In this document: positions 27,936 to 38,440 of the stretch, piece by piece
How positions within the stretch are numbered: position 1 is the stretch's first letter
Layout: each line of letters opens with the position of its first letter
Assembly (NCBI GenBank): GCA_965222375.1
Contig: CBDCTZ010000014.1
Span: forward strand, 928,001-992,000
Length of the DNA stretch: 64,000 nt
Origin: Polyangiaceae bacterium
Lineage (GTDB): Bacteria; Myxococcota_A; Polyangia; Polyangiales; Polyangiaceae
Reading direction: 5' to 3'
Translations under genes and position numbers: made by a program
Notes under the pieces: generated by a model
Seen by the model: the letters and a program-made list of their open reading frames with translations, nothing else
What the model was told of the DNA's origin: nothing
The model's database searches: none

Positions 27936-28739
27936 ATGGATCCACTTACGCTTCCCCAACTCTTGCTCGCTCTGACCGTGGCTCACGGGCATCCCGGACG
28001 TTCGCCCTACTCCGCCGAAGCGATGCCCGAGTGCGGGCGTGACAAGAAGCAGCCGACCTGCGCCATCGCGCCGCTCTGTCCGGAGCCAGCACCCCAGTGT
28101 CGCCGACCCCGCTTTTCCCGGGCCCGGGGCGCCTGGGTACGCATGGAACGCAAAGAAACCGCCCAAAAACGCTTCGCCGGCATTGCCAAGGCCCTGGACA
28201 AGACCGCCAAGAGACTCACCAGCTGCAAGGACGACGACACCCGCTGTGAGCCGGTTGACTGGCCCGGCAGCACCAAGAGTCTGGCCCTGGCCACCCTCGC
28301 GGTGGCGCTCCATGAGTCGGGCCTGCGTGAGGACGTGCAGTTCGGACACCCGCCGCTGGGGCGAGGCCCCCAGGGTGAGGCTTGCTTGGTTCAAGTTGCC
28401 TTGAGTCAAGCACCTCGCTACGCGAGCTGGCTGCCGCAGTCGGAGCGGCAGCGTATCGCCGACAGTCCGAGCCGGCGCGAGAAGCTAGCCAAGAGTCTGC
28501 TCGGCGACAGCCCGAAGGCCCTTTCACGCTGCTTCGAGGTTGGCATGCGAATGTTGGCTCGCTCCCGGGCGGCGTGTGGCAGAGCCGGCGTGCCCTGGGC
28601 TTTCGGGATGTTCAGCATGTATGGCGGCGGCAAGAGCTGCAACGTCCCGCCCATCGGCAAAACCCGCGGAAAGACGTTTCAACGTCTGACTGCGGCACGC
28701 CCGAAGCTGGACGATCGGCTCAAGGCGTTACTGCGCTGA
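27936..28739 (+). CDS. Hypothetical secreted protein, possible lysozyme-like fold
   Basis: ALHESGLREDV...GEACLVQV. Confidence 0.6.
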   Translation: MDPLTLPQLLLALTVAHGHPGRSPYSAEAMPECGRDKKQPTCAIAPLCPEPAPQCRRPRFSRARGAWVRMERKETAQKRFAGIAKALDKTAKRLTSCKDDDTRCEPVDWPGSTKSLALATLAVALHESGLREDVQFGHPPLGRGPQGEACLVQVALSQAPRYASWLPQSERQRIADSPSRREKLAKSLLGDSPKALSRCFEVGMRMLARSRAACGRAGVPWAFGMFSMYGGGKSCNVPPIGKTRGKTFQRLTAARPKLDDRLKALLR

Positions 28740-28836
28740 GACCGGTGTGGCCAATAGGCTCAAGGCATTACTGCGCTGAGGCCGGTGTGGCCAATAGGCT
28801 CAAGGCATTACTGCGCTGAGGCCGGTGTGGCCAATG
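28717..28836 (+). repeat. 40-bp tandem repeat, three copies
   Basis: GGCTCAAGGC(G/A)TTACTGCGCTGAG(A/G)CCGGTGTGGCCAAT(A/G) at 28717, 28757 and 28797. Confidence 0.95.
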
Positions 28837-28839
28837 GGC

Positions 28840-30108
28840 CTACTTCGCTGAGATGAGCGTGCCACCGGCTGCGAGGTTTTGCTTGCCCTCGGGAGACTGC
28901 ATGAAGCGGACAATCAGGTGAGTAACGCCGAGTAGCACGAGGCCACTCAATAGAGCTGCGCCTGCACACAGCGCGAACAGGACTGTGCGCGCACCTAGCG
29001 AAGAGCTCAGCGCGGCGTGCACGATGAAGGAGGGCACCGACGCCGCGGCCAGCCACACCCCCGCGCCGAGGGATGCGAAGCGTTGCGGCAAATGACCCAC
29101 GGCAACCGAAAACAGGACCGGCCCTGCCACAGCTTCGCCGACCGCCATCAACGCCAGCGCCACCGAGACGGTCAGCTCCGACGGGCTGCCCATGCTTACG
29201 GCCAGCAGGTAGGGAGTTGCGCCCAGGCCGACGATGCACAGGCCCGCGCCGCCCAGATATAGTGGGGAAAAGCGGGCGCGAAGGAAGTGCAGGATGACCA
29301 AGGCTGCCAGCAGCACGGCGTCACACAGCACGACGACCAGCGGGTTCAATTTCAGCAGCGCCCCGATCCGTGTCGCAGGCGCACCAGCGCTGGATAGGGC
29401 CTCCCAGAAGTCACCGGTCAGGCTCAGGGCCAATCCGTAGGGGACCGCGAGAATCATCAATCCGGCGGCCAACAGCGCCGCTCTGCGTCCCGGCGGGTCA
29501 CCTGCTTCCGGTTCCGGGCGCTTGTCGCGGAGCGCGTAGTCGACGATCGCAACGGCGACAGTGAGCAAGAACGCAAGCACGATGAGCGCTGCAGCACCGA
29601 TCAACACAGGCTTGGTATCGGTGGCTGCGCTCAGGGCACCCGCCGAGGTCGTGGACAGGAGTGCGGACAGGTTGACGGCGCCGTACATGGTCACGAAGGC
29701 CGCCGCGCGCAGATATGAGTGCCGATGCGATAGCTCGTCGGCACACAAGCCATACAGAGTTGGTTTGAGCAAACCGCCGCCCAGGGCAATGATGCCAATG
29801 CCAAGCGATGCGACGAAGGGGCCATCGCTGAAGGGCAGCATGACGTACCCAAACAGCATGATGACCACTCCCGCCGCCGCTGTGAGGGGAGCCCGAAGCA
29901 AGATGGCGAGGGCGCCGCCGACAATCGGCGTGAGCGCGCCAAATGCGGTCACGTAGCCCAACTGCTTCATCGCCTCCGAGGCTGAGGATGTGTCCGACAT
30001 GAGATGAATCGGAAGTATGGAGCGCATGCCGTAGTAGGCCGCACGCTCGGCGGCGACAACTCCCACACATAGAGCGATCAGGACGGCGGCTCGGGTCCAA
30101 GACTTCAT
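28840..30108 (-). CDS. POT/PTR-family MFS peptide transporter
   Basis: ERAAYYGMRS, GGGLLKP, YGAVNLSA; multiple TM helices. Confidence 0.85.
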   Translation of the reverse strand: MKSWTRAAVLIALCVGVVAAERAAYYGMRSILPIHLMSDTSSASEAMKQLGYVTAFGALTPIVGGALAILLRAPLTAAAGVVIMLFGYVMLPFSDGPFVASLGIGIIALGGGLLKPTLYGLCADELSHRHSYLRAAAFVTMYGAVNLSALLSTTSAGALSAATDTKPVLIGAAALIVLAFLLTVAVAIVDYALRDKRPEPEAGDPPGRRAALLAAGLMILAVPYGLALSLTGDFWEALSSAGAPATRIGALLKLNPLVVVLCDAVLLAALVILHFLRARFSPLYLGGAGLCIVGLGATPYLLAVSMGSPSELTVSVALALMAVGEAVAGPVLFSVAVGHLPQRFASLGAGVWLAAASVPSFIVHAALSSSLGARTVLFALCAGAALLSGLVLLGVTHLIVRFMQSPEGKQNLAAGGTLISAK

Positions 30109-31166
30109 GACGCCGGTGCTTCGCGTACGAAGAATGGCTCTTTGGTGAACGCCCGCACGATCTCCGTCGCGTAGCTGCCGGCAGGCAGAAAGAAGCGCAG
30201 GATGAGGGTGTTTTCGGCCTCGGCGCTGACTTGAAGGTCCGTAGGATAAACCAGCAGATCTCGTCGAGTTCCCGGTGCACGGCGCGACATTTGGCCCAGA
30301 GTGTCTGCGGAGAGTTCCAGCTCTCGAAGAACTTCTTGCTCGAGTTGTTGGGCTTGCCCCGCCGAGGCTCGCATCTTGGGACCGACCATCGGCCCCGTCA
30401 GGAAGATGTCTTGGGCTTGCAAGCGCTCTTGCTCCTTGTCTGCGTCTTCCACCACGAACATGGAGCGCACGCCCGCGAGCCGTACCACCTCGCCGGCCAG
30501 CAGTCGCGTGAGATCTTGGGCCTGACGCCGCAAGGCGTAGCGATTGAAGATCTCGGATTGAACCACACTTGGGAGGAACTTGAGTTCAAAGCGGGTTAAG
30601 CGTCGTTTGCAGCCTCCTCGCACCCAGCCCAGAGCACGCTCCAGATTGCCACCGCCGAGACCAAAGCGCTGGCTGCCGAACACGTTGAGCAACCCCGCGG
30701 TTTCGATCCGCTTTGCAAGGGGCTGGGCCGCCTGCAGGGCACCGTTGGCCACGCCGACCAGGCGAATCCGAAAGCGGTTGCCGCGCAGCTGCCCCGTTCG
30801 CAACTTGGTGCGATCGAGGACGTGCTCTAGCACCTCCACACCATCTATCGACTGCCAGGTCTCCGGCGACGGCGACTGTGCTGGCAGGGAAAGCCATTGG
30901 CTCGTGATAGCGTTCTTGTCCTTCATTCCCGCCGTACCGATGTCGCGGTCTCGCTGCCCCGTGGCCCGTGCGACGCGGACAACGGCCTCCCGGGTGGTCA
31001 GGCCGACCTTGCGAATGCGAACCAAGCGATGCTCGCCCGCTCCCTCCGGCTGTCGGTCCAGCTCCTCGTCAACGACGAAGTCTTCGGCGGCCTCGCCCAT
31101 CCGTCCGCCAGTGCCTGTCAGGTCCGGGTGAGTTGCCGGGGGTTCGACCGGGCTGGCGACAGTCAT
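30105..31166 (-). CDS. truD: tRNA pseudouridine(13) synthase
   Basis: EDFVVDE, GEH, AGMKDKNAITSQ, GNRFRI, FGSQRFG, FFLPAGSYAT. Confidence 0.95.
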   Translation of the reverse strand: MTVASPVEPPATHPDLTGTGGRMGEAAEDFVVDEELDRQPEGAGEHRLVRIRKVGLTTREAVVRVARATGQRDRDIGTAGMKDKNAITSQWLSLPAQSPSPETWQSIDGVEVLEHVLDRTKLRTGQLRGNRFRIRLVGVANGALQAAQPLAKRIETAGLLNVFGSQRFGLGGGNLERALGWVRGGCKRRLTRFELKFLPSVVQSEIFNRYALRRQAQDLTRLLAGEVVRLAGVRSMFVVEDADKEQERLQAQDIFLTGPMVGPKMRASAGQAQQLEQEVLRELELSADTLGQMSRRAPGTRRDLLVYPTDLQVSAEAENTLILRFFLPAGSYATEIVRAFTKEPFFVREAPAS

Positions 31167-32122
31167 TTGCCGTGCTTTTTGACCGCAAACCCCAGGGCGC
31201 GGATCAAGTCGTCGTCCGCCGTGTCTGTCGGACCAGACAAGTCCAGCTCTTCGATGCCCAAGATGAGCAGCTCGGGATCCGAGGACCGAACTGCGGCTTT
31301 CGGCACACGGACGCTTCGCCGGTCGAGGGGCACGGCGCGCTCTGCACCCCGGGCGCAGTCGACCACCACCGCCGCGATATTGTCGGGCGCGCCAGCTGCA
31401 TTGCCACGCGCGATCAGCGCGCTGACGGCATCCTCAGGGCTAGACTCGGTGTTGAGTACCTCCGCGAGTTCCCAAGCTGGTAGCGGCGAGCTGACTCCGT
31501 CCGTGCATAGCAAGTAGCGGTCTCCGGCGACAACCGGACGAGTTTGCACTGAGACTCGCAGCTCTTCTCCCATACCGATGGCGCGGGTCACGACATGTCG
31601 CGGAAGATTGGCGAGTACCGCGTCGTCCAAGTCTGGCCGTTTCTCCAGGATGTCCATGCCGATGGAGTGATCCACCGTAAGCAACTCCAGGTGACCGCCG
31701 CGCAATCGATAGCAACGGCTGTCACCGACATGGGCGATGTGCACCTTGGTGCCATCTTCGGAGAAGTACGCAGCAACTAGAGTCGTGCCCATGCCCTTCG
31801 TGCTCTGGGCGGCACGAGCAATGCTGGTCACGTCATGATGGGCCCGGTGAAACGCTTGGGAGAGCAGGCGTGCTTCGGGGTCAACAGAAAGGTGCGACAG
31901 CGCCCGAGCGCTGGCCGGAGCGTGCGCGGCGTTCTTCTCGATGTGCTTCGCGACCGAGCGCGCGGCGGCCTCCGCGGCAACGTCTCCGGCTTCGTGTCCG
32001 CCGGCGCCATCGGCCACTGCGAACAAGCCCAAATTGCGGACCACCAGGACGACGTCTTCATTGTGTCGGCGCACGCGGCCCCGATCTGTCGCGCCGAACG
32101 CCTGAAGAGAAAGCCCGCTCAC
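31163..32122 (-). CDS. PP2C-family Ser/Thr phosphatase
   Basis: GRVRRHNED, VADGAGGH, HVGDSR, LCTDG, DNI. Confidence 0.93.
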   Translation of the reverse strand: MSGLSLQAFGATDRGRVRRHNEDVVLVVRNLGLFAVADGAGGHEAGDVAAEAAARSVAKHIEKNAAHAPASARALSHLSVDPEARLLSQAFHRAHHDVTSIARAAQSTKGMGTTLVAAYFSEDGTKVHIAHVGDSRCYRLRGGHLELLTVDHSIGMDILEKRPDLDDAVLANLPRHVVTRAIGMGEELRVSVQTRPVVAGDRYLLCTDGVSSPLPAWELAEVLNTESSPEDAVSALIARGNAAGAPDNIAAVVVDCARGAERAVPLDRRSVRVPKAAVRSSDPELLILGIEELDLSGPTDTADDDLIRALGFAVKKHGK

Positions 32123-32335
32123 CCGCTGCGGTTAGCGCGATGGCCTTTCCGCGTCTAGTGCATCGATTCTGATGAATCTATGCACTTGCCCTGTTCGTCG
32201 GGAGCATAGCTCCCGCCCCGCTGAAGTGAACTACGCGCTTGTGATGCGCTTCGCGATACTCGACGGGGTAATACCCGAAGGGGTGCAGCGGGGCCCCACC
32301 CTCAGGTTTCGGGGCCCCAACTCCGAAACGGCTCC

Positions 32336-33049
32336 TCAGTCCGACAGAACCTCTGTCTCTGTTCCGGGGGGCGGTCGCTCTACGGGATCCAAAGCCCCCG
32401 GGGGCTCGGTCTCGCGTTCCGGTGGGCGCGCCAACAATGGTGGAGCGTCCGCCGGTATGTCCCGGGCGATGCGCAACGCCAGGAGCAGGCGGCGCGGGTG
32501 ACTAGGGCCATATCCAAGCTGGTAGTCGACCAAATAGCCATTGCGACCGACTATCGCGACGGCCGGCACCGTGGAGACCGGATCGTAGGCAGTAGAAAAG
32601 CGAGGGTAGTCGGTGGCTCGTACGGTGGGGTGCTCGAAGCCCAGGCGGGCCAAATAGCCGTCGACCATATGCCAGGTGCTGGGCTCATCCACGCTGACGC
32701 CGATCACAGGGATGTCGCCGCCGATGACCTCTAGCGCGCGCGAGAGCACTGGCAGCTTCATTTCGCAGACTTCGCACCAGGTCGCGAAGAACACGACCAC
32801 GAAGGCGCTCTTGCCCACCAAGTCTCGAGAGTCCACGGGGGTGCCGCTGGTGGTCCTCACCCGAAACGCGGGCACACGCTCCGTGGGTGAGAGCGCACGA
32901 AACGGCTCACCCGTGTCTTCCTCTACTGGTGGCGCTGGCGATTCTGCCGTTGTGTGGCCGCCGCTGGGCGCGCATCCAAGGGCAGCGCAGAGTAGACCCA
33001 GCGCGGCGTGAGGCGAGTGCCGACGTCTCTGGACCTGCGGTCGGGTCAC
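32336..33049 (-). CDS. TlpA-like thioredoxin lipoprotein
   Basis: FFATWCEVC; GTGA overlap with the upstream stop. Confidence 0.85.
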   Translation of the reverse strand: MTRPQVQRRRHSPHAALGLLCAALGCAPSGGHTTAESPAPPVEEDTGEPFRALSPTERVPAFRVRTTSGTPVDSRDLVGKSAFVVVFFATWCEVCEMKLPVLSRALEVIGGDIPVIGVSVDEPSTWHMVDGYLARLGFEHPTVRATDYPRFSTAYDPVSTVPAVAIVGRNGYLVDYQLGYGPSHPRRLLLALRIARDIPADAPPLLARPPERETEPPGALDPVERPPPGTETEVLSD

Positions 33050-34098
33050 GGTTTGAAGATCTTCGAAGTCTTCACGACTTCGAACTCGCTGCCTGGGACT
33101 TGCTTCAATTGGCCCAGCTGATCGTCGTCGAAGCTGGGATGGGAAGCGCCGGAGATGAACCAATTCGAGCCGTTGTCCGCGACGATCATGCCGTATTTCT
33201 TGAGGGCCTCCAGAACAACCCGAGCAGGCCCGGAGTAGGGGGAAAGGTCGAACGCTGCCTTCAAGCGCAACCGCAGCCCCATGGGGGGCGCTGCAGCATC
33301 CGTGTTGTTACTGGCCCAATGCGTGGCCGGGTGAATGTAGGCCTTCTGGGTCACGCTGACCGTGAAGCGGAGTGCGTGACGGATTTCTCCCGCGGTCACG
33401 GCCTCTTCGTAGCGAACTAGGCCTGGCAAAATCGGCAATCCCGCCGCATCCGCGCTCGTCCATCCGTCCGGGCGCAGTGCGTTGGAGCCTAGGTCGAACA
33501 CCGCGCCGGAGTAGGCAGTCCAGCCCGGCCCGACGAACTTGCTATCGAACATCTCGTACAGCTTGCAGGCGTCCTTGTCGAGGACCAGGACGTGACGATC
33601 GCCCGTCGACGCTTTGCCGCCTTCAATGGGCGCGTCGGGTGGAATTGGGTAGGGACCGGGATCGCTCTCGCTGGGCACGGAGAAGGTCACGTCCACCTTC
33701 GGTTGCGAGGAGTCCACCACGACGTAGGGGATGCCGTAGTTGGGATTCGAACCGAAGTCCGGGTGCAGCTTGTCGCCACCGTTGCCCAGTATGTGGTTGA
33801 TGTAGGCGCTCGAGTTTTGGTCGACGGGATCGGTGGATACGTCTCGGTTCCACTCGTTGTCGGGTGGGAAGATCGCGCAGCCTTGAATGCTCGGGCCTTT
33901 GCCCACGGCGCCGCCGGTACCCGTACCCCCCGTGCCGGCGCCACCGGTGCCGGACCCTGCGACGCCACCCCCACTACCGGCGTTGCCGCCCGCGCCCGTC
34001 GCGCCACTTCCGGTGCCGCCGGTCGTGGCGCCTGCGGACGAGTTTTCCTTGCAGCCCGAACACAGCGCCAGTGCCGCCAAGAGCATGATGCTTCGCAT
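33046..34098 (-). CDS. Conserved hypothetical lipoprotein
   Basis: CSGC lipobox; YGIPY, GDRH, GWTSADAAGLPILPGL, HALRF, YGMIVADNG. Confidence 0.8.
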   Translation of the reverse strand: MRSIMLLAALALCSGCKENSSAGATTGGTGSGATGAGGNAGSGGGVAGSGTGGAGTGGTGTGGAVGKGPSIQGCAIFPPDNEWNRDVSTDPVDQNSSAYINHILGNGGDKLHPDFGSNPNYGIPYVVVDSSQPKVDVTFSVPSESDPGPYPIPPDAPIEGGKASTGDRHVLVLDKDACKLYEMFDSKFVGPGWTAYSGAVFDLGSNALRPDGWTSADAAGLPILPGLVRYEEAVTAGEIRHALRFTVSVTQKAYIHPATHWASNNTDAAAPPMGLRLRLKAAFDLSPYSGPARVVLEALKKYGMIVADNGSNWFISGASHPSFDDDQLGQLKQVPGSEFEVVKTSKIFKP

Positions 34099-34169
34099 GC
34101 CGTTCAGCTTACGAGACCGCGGTGCCTCGCGAAAGTTGACCGCGAAATGTCCCGGTTTTCACAGAAGCG

Positions 34170-35408
34170 GTGCCAGGTGTTAGCTTCGGTGCCGTGGGAT
34201 CCGAGGCTTCCGCGGGGCTAGTGCTATCTGGGGGCGGCATGCGCGGCGCCTACGAAGTCGGCGTCGTGGCGGGGATGATGGAAGTGCTGGGGCGTACCGC
34301 CAAAGACGCGCCCCTGTTCCGCGTCTTCTCGGGGACCAGCGTTGGCGCCATCAACTGCGCGTTTTTTGCATCGCGTGCCCACGAAGGGGACCACGGGGTT
34401 CGCCACTTGGTGGAAATGTGGAAGAGCCTGCGCCTGCGTGACCACTTAGCGCTGCGGCCTTTCGGGCTGTTGCGAACGCCGAAGGCGGCGTTGGAGCTGA
34501 TGCCTCCGTTGCGTCCTGGCCGCTCACTGCTGGATGCGCGAGCGATTCAGCGCACCGTCGAAAGTGCCATCGACTTTCCGCGCCTCCACGAGAACGTGGC
34601 CGAGGGAAACGTGAAGGCGCTGCTCATCGCCGCACTGCACGTCGTTTCCGGTCGCACGACCGTATTTGCCGAGGTTTCACCGGGGCACCGCTTCGCGCCC
34701 TCTCGGGGGTCGGGCCGGATCGCTCACCAGGAGAAAATCGGCATCAATCACGTCTTGGCGTCAGCCGCCATTCCGCTGCTTTTTCCGACGCGACGGGTGG
34801 GGGGGCGCTTCTATTGCGATGGCGGCCTCCGCTTCAACACGCCCATCGCCCCGGCGTTGCGTGCCGGCGCCAAAAAACTGGTCGTCATCGCCGTGGGCCA
34901 TCAGGCCTCGCCGGAGGAGCAGATGGAGAAGGACCTGAGCATCGATGAAGCGGAAGGCAGAGATTTGTCCAGCTTGTTCCTCGTCGGAAAGCTGCTCAAC
35001 GCATTGATGCTCGACCCCGTCCACTACGATCTTCAGGTGCTCGAACGATTGAACCAGATCGTCGAAGTCCTGGAAGAGGCCTTGAGCCCAGAAGAGCAAG
35101 AGCGCTTTCAGTCTGTGCTGCTGCGCACTCGCGGCGCGGCCTACCGCAAAATCGACACTCTCGTGTTTCGGCCCACTCAGGACTTGGGCGAAATCGCGGG
35201 ACGATTCATGCGCACCTCCCTCGATCATCTGGACATCGGGCGATTACCCAAAGCCGTTCTTAGGCGTGCAGCGGCGGAAGGGCTGGGGCGCGAGGCGGAT
35301 TGGGCGTCGTATCTATTCTTCGACGGTGCTCTCGCCGCGGAGTTGATTCAACTTGGCAGGCGCGACGCTTTGGACAGGTCCGCGGCCATCAAGTCGTTGC
35401 TCGGTTGA
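34170..35408 (+). CDS. Patatin-like phospholipase
   Basis: GGGMRG, GTSVG, DGG. Confidence 0.92.
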   Translation: MPGVSFGAVGSEASAGLVLSGGGMRGAYEVGVVAGMMEVLGRTAKDAPLFRVFSGTSVGAINCAFFASRAHEGDHGVRHLVEMWKSLRLRDHLALRPFGLLRTPKAALELMPPLRPGRSLLDARAIQRTVESAIDFPRLHENVAEGNVKALLIAALHVVSGRTTVFAEVSPGHRFAPSRGSGRIAHQEKIGINHVLASAAIPLLFPTRRVGGRFYCDGGLRFNTPIAPALRAGAKKLVVIAVGHQASPEEQMEKDLSIDEAEGRDLSSLFLVGKLLNALMLDPVHYDLQVLERLNQIVEVLEEALSPEEQERFQSVLLRTRGAAYRKIDTLVFRPTQDLGEIAGRFMRTSLDHLDIGRLPKAVLRRAAAEGLGREADWASYLFFDGALAAELIQLGRRDALDRSAAIKSLLG

Positions 35409-37669
35409 CCGCCAATGGGCCGCGCATGGCTTACAGGACGCCGGCCTGTCCGGCCATCAATGGCTTCCCTCAGAGCATGGGACAGCTCGGCCAGGCTGAA
35501 GGGCTTTCGCAGGAGCTGACCGAGGGCGTCCTCGGACCAACCGTCGTCTCGGCAGTAGCCGGAGATGAACAGGATCCCCAGTTCGGGATGGCGCAAGCGC
35601 AACTCGGCGGCAAGTTCGGGTCCGCCCATGTTGGGCATCAGCACGTCGGTGACGATGGCAGCCACGTCTCGGAGAGCGCCCTGATCGCTCATCTCCAACG
35701 CCTCGGCGCCAGAATCAGCCGTGAGTACGTGGTAGCCGATGCGCTGCAGCAGCCGGCGCGTGCTCCGCCGAACTGCGGGGTCGTCTTCGACGAGCAGCAG
35801 CGTCTCGGTGCCTAAGGTGGCCCTGCTAGGTGGCGACGATGAAACAGCGCGAGCGCTGGTGCCGTAGCGCGGTACGAAGAGTGAGAAACAACTGCCCCTG
35901 CCCACGACAGAGTCGACGGTGACGGTTCCACCGAGTTGGTGCGCAATGCCGTGCACGCTGGCGAGACCGAGCCCGGTGCCGGTCTTTTTGGTCGTGTAGA
36001 AAGGAGTGAAGACCCGGTCCAGAGTCTCTTGATCCATGCCTACGCCGGTGTCCTGAAGGTGCAGTACGACATACTCCCCAGGTGCCAGGCCCCGTTTACA
36101 GAGATGCCCGCCCATCTTTGCAACGATGGTCTCGCTTGCGACGCGCCAAACGCCGCCGTCGGGCATTGCGTCTCGGGCGTTCGCAGCCAGATTGATGAGG
36201 ATCCGCTCGAGCTGTACGGGGTCCGCCAAGATGGATGCGTTCCCACTTGCCAGTGCATATTCCACACGAACGGATGTCTCGAGGACACGTTCCAACCATC
36301 GCGCCATCTTCGCTACGAGGGCATCCAGGGAGATTTCCCGGGGCGCCACGACCTGTTTGCGTCCGAAGGTGAGGAGCTGCTGCGTGAGAGTTCGCCCGCG
36401 CTCGGCGGCCGCCGCGATCTCGCCCACGAGTTGGTTGCGGTCGGTTCTCGCGGTCTCTTCGTCCAGCAGCAGTTCTGCGGAAGCCATGATGTTCACGAGG
36501 ATGTTGTTGAAATCGTGGGCAACTCCCCCGGCAAGCAAGGCGATTGCTTCCAGTTTCTGAGCGTTCTGCAGTTCCGCCTCTAGCCGCCGCTTTTCGGTCA
36601 CGTCGCGGGCTAGCCCCATCACAGCTTCTCGGCCGCCATATCGGACTCGGGTGCCCGTCGACTCCAGACTGACAGTGCTCCCGTCCTTTCGCAGGTGCAC
36701 TGTGTTGAATTCGGCGCAACTTCCCTGCTCGAGAGTCGCTCGCACCGCGGCTTGCCCGCGCTCCACATCCACGGAAATGGCCTTGAGCGAACTGCCCAGA
36801 AGCTCTCGGCGCGAAAATCCGTGCATTTCACAGAAACGCGGATTCACCTCCAGAATCGTTTCCGATTCCGGCTCGAAGATAACGATCCCATCCTGAGCGT
36901 TTTGAAACAGAACGCGGTAGTCGTTCTCCGCTTCCCGACGTGCACGCACGTCAACGAGAACCACGACACTCCCAGTGCGTTCGAGGTTCTTGGACGCAAA
37001 CAGGTCGACGTCCGCGACGGAACCGTCTTTACGTCGCACGCCGATCTCGAGGACATCCCCGCTTTCGGAAGCGGTGTCGCTCGCTTCCAGGGGGAGGGGA
37101 GCGCCGATTAGCTCGGCGCGCCTCCAGCCCAGCAGAGTTTCACAGTGCGCGTTGCACTTGCTCACTGCGCCACTACTGTCCAACAGGCATACCGCCAGCG
37201 GGACGGTGTCGAGCAGTTCGTCCAGAGTTCTTTCGATACGAACCAGCTGCTCCTCGGTGCGCCGCCGCGCGGAAATGTCCCTGATGATGGATTGGCTTCC
37301 GACGAGGCTTCCGCCCTCGCGCAGCCCGAGTACGGAGATTTCCAGAGGCACTTCGAAGCCATCTCGACGGCGCCCGAAGAACTCGAAGACCGTTGGGGCC
37401 GCCTCGCCTCGCATGCGCTGTTCGTGGATTCGGCGCACCTTTTCCTGCGATCGCGGGGCGACCAAGTCGTCGATACTCATCTGCAGCGTCTCGTCGGCGG
37501 TGTATCGAAACAGCTCCAAAAACGCGGCATTTGCGTAGACGATACGTCCGTCGACATCGTCGATGGCAACGGCTTCCCGCAGATGCTCGAGCACTTGACC
37601 ATAGGACAAATCCGACAGCACACGGGACAAGCGCGTGCTAGGGCTGTCTGCGTTTCTTGATCTATTCAC
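35348..37669 (-). CDS. PAS-domain hybrid sensor histidine kinase/response regulator
   Basis: Three PAS domains, AHDFNN, NARDA, DTGVG, GTGLGL, and a receiver (VEDD, TDVLMP, KPF). Confidence 0.95.
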   Translation of the reverse strand: MNRSRNADSPSTRLSRVLSDLSYGQVLEHLREAVAIDDVDGRIVYANAAFLELFRYTADETLQMSIDDLVAPRSQEKVRRIHEQRMRGEAAPTVFEFFGRRRDGFEVPLEISVLGLREGGSLVGSQSIIRDISARRRTEEQLVRIERTLDELLDTVPLAVCLLDSSGAVSKCNAHCETLLGWRRAELIGAPLPLEASDTASESGDVLEIGVRRKDGSVADVDLFASKNLERTGSVVVLVDVRARREAENDYRVLFQNAQDGIVIFEPESETILEVNPRFCEMHGFSRRELLGSSLKAISVDVERGQAAVRATLEQGSCAEFNTVHLRKDGSTVSLESTGTRVRYGGREAVMGLARDVTEKRRLEAELQNAQKLEAIALLAGGVAHDFNNILVNIMASAELLLDEETARTDRNQLVGEIAAAAERGRTLTQQLLTFGRKQVVAPREISLDALVAKMARWLERVLETSVRVEYALASGNASILADPVQLERILINLAANARDAMPDGGVWRVASETIVAKMGGHLCKRGLAPGEYVVLHLQDTGVGMDQETLDRVFTPFYTTKKTGTGLGLASVHGIAHQLGGTVTVDSVVGRGSCFSLFVPRYGTSARAVSSSPPSRATLGTETLLLVEDDPAVRRSTRRLLQRIGYHVLTADSGAEALEMSDQGALRDVAAIVTDVLMPNMGGPELAAELRLRHPELGILFISGYCRDDGWSEDALGQLLRKPFSLAELSHALREAIDGRTGRRPVSHARPIGGQPSNDLMAADLSKASRLPS

Positions 37670-37718
37670 CTAACCTTAAACTATACGCGAATCTGAAGCA
37701 TTCACCCAGCCTAAAGGA

Positions 37719-38438
37719 GTGAGCGGCATGTCGAGCACGACCAATACAGCGTTAGTGAAAACGGAGACTCGGGGCGACGTCCTCGTCGTGCAGATGGATG
37801 ATGGCAAAGCCAACGCGCTCAGCCCAAAAATGCTCGAGGCGTTGGACCAGGCTTTTGCGGCCGCCGAGTCCGACGCTAAAGCGTTGGTTCTGACGGGCCG
37901 CGCTGGTCGCTTTTCGGCGGGCTTTGACCTCAAGCACATGATGGCTGGGCCCGAATCAGCCCGAGCGCTGGTGCGCCGAGGCGCCGAGGTCTTGATGCGG
38001 CTGTATGGTCACCCCCAGCCAGTAGTTGCAGCGTGCACAGGTCACGCGTTGGCGGGCGGTGCACTGCTGCTCTTGTGTGCCGATGTGCGCGTGGGTGCGC
38101 AAGGGGAGTTCAAGCTCGGTCTAAGCGAGGTGTCGATCGGCATGCCGCTGCCGATTCTCGCCCACGAGCTAGCAAGGGACCGGCTGGAGCGTCGCCATTT
38201 TCTCGCCGCGACGTTGTTCGCCGCACAATATGCGCCGGATCGCGCCGTGGATGTGGGCTACTTGGATCGAGTCGTTGACCCGGCCGAGGTAGTCGCGAGC
38301 GCTTCGGAGCAGGCGCAGCAGCTCGCCAAGTTGCCGCCGGTGCCCTTCAAGCTGACCAAGCGCTCTCTCCGCAAACGCACGGTCGAGCATATATTGACGA
38401 CCTTGGACGACAACATTCGCGAATTCACGGGCGGGTAG
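37719..38438 (+). CDS. Enoyl-CoA hydratase/isomerase family protein
   Basis: FSAGFDL, GHALAGG, LSEVSIG. Confidence 0.92.
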   Translation: MSGMSSTTNTALVKTETRGDVLVVQMDDGKANALSPKMLEALDQAFAAAESDAKALVLTGRAGRFSAGFDLKHMMAGPESARALVRRGAEVLMRLYGHPQPVVAACTGHALAGGALLLLCADVRVGAQGEFKLGLSEVSIGMPLPILAHELARDRLERRHFLAATLFAAQYAPDRAVDVGYLDRVVDPAEVVASASEQAQQLAKLPPVPFKLTKRSLRKRTVEHILTTLDDNIREFTGG

Positions 38439-38440
38439 GG

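Noticed and set aside
28717..28836. CRISPR array
   Set aside because: Head-to-tail units with no spacers, derived from a gene end.
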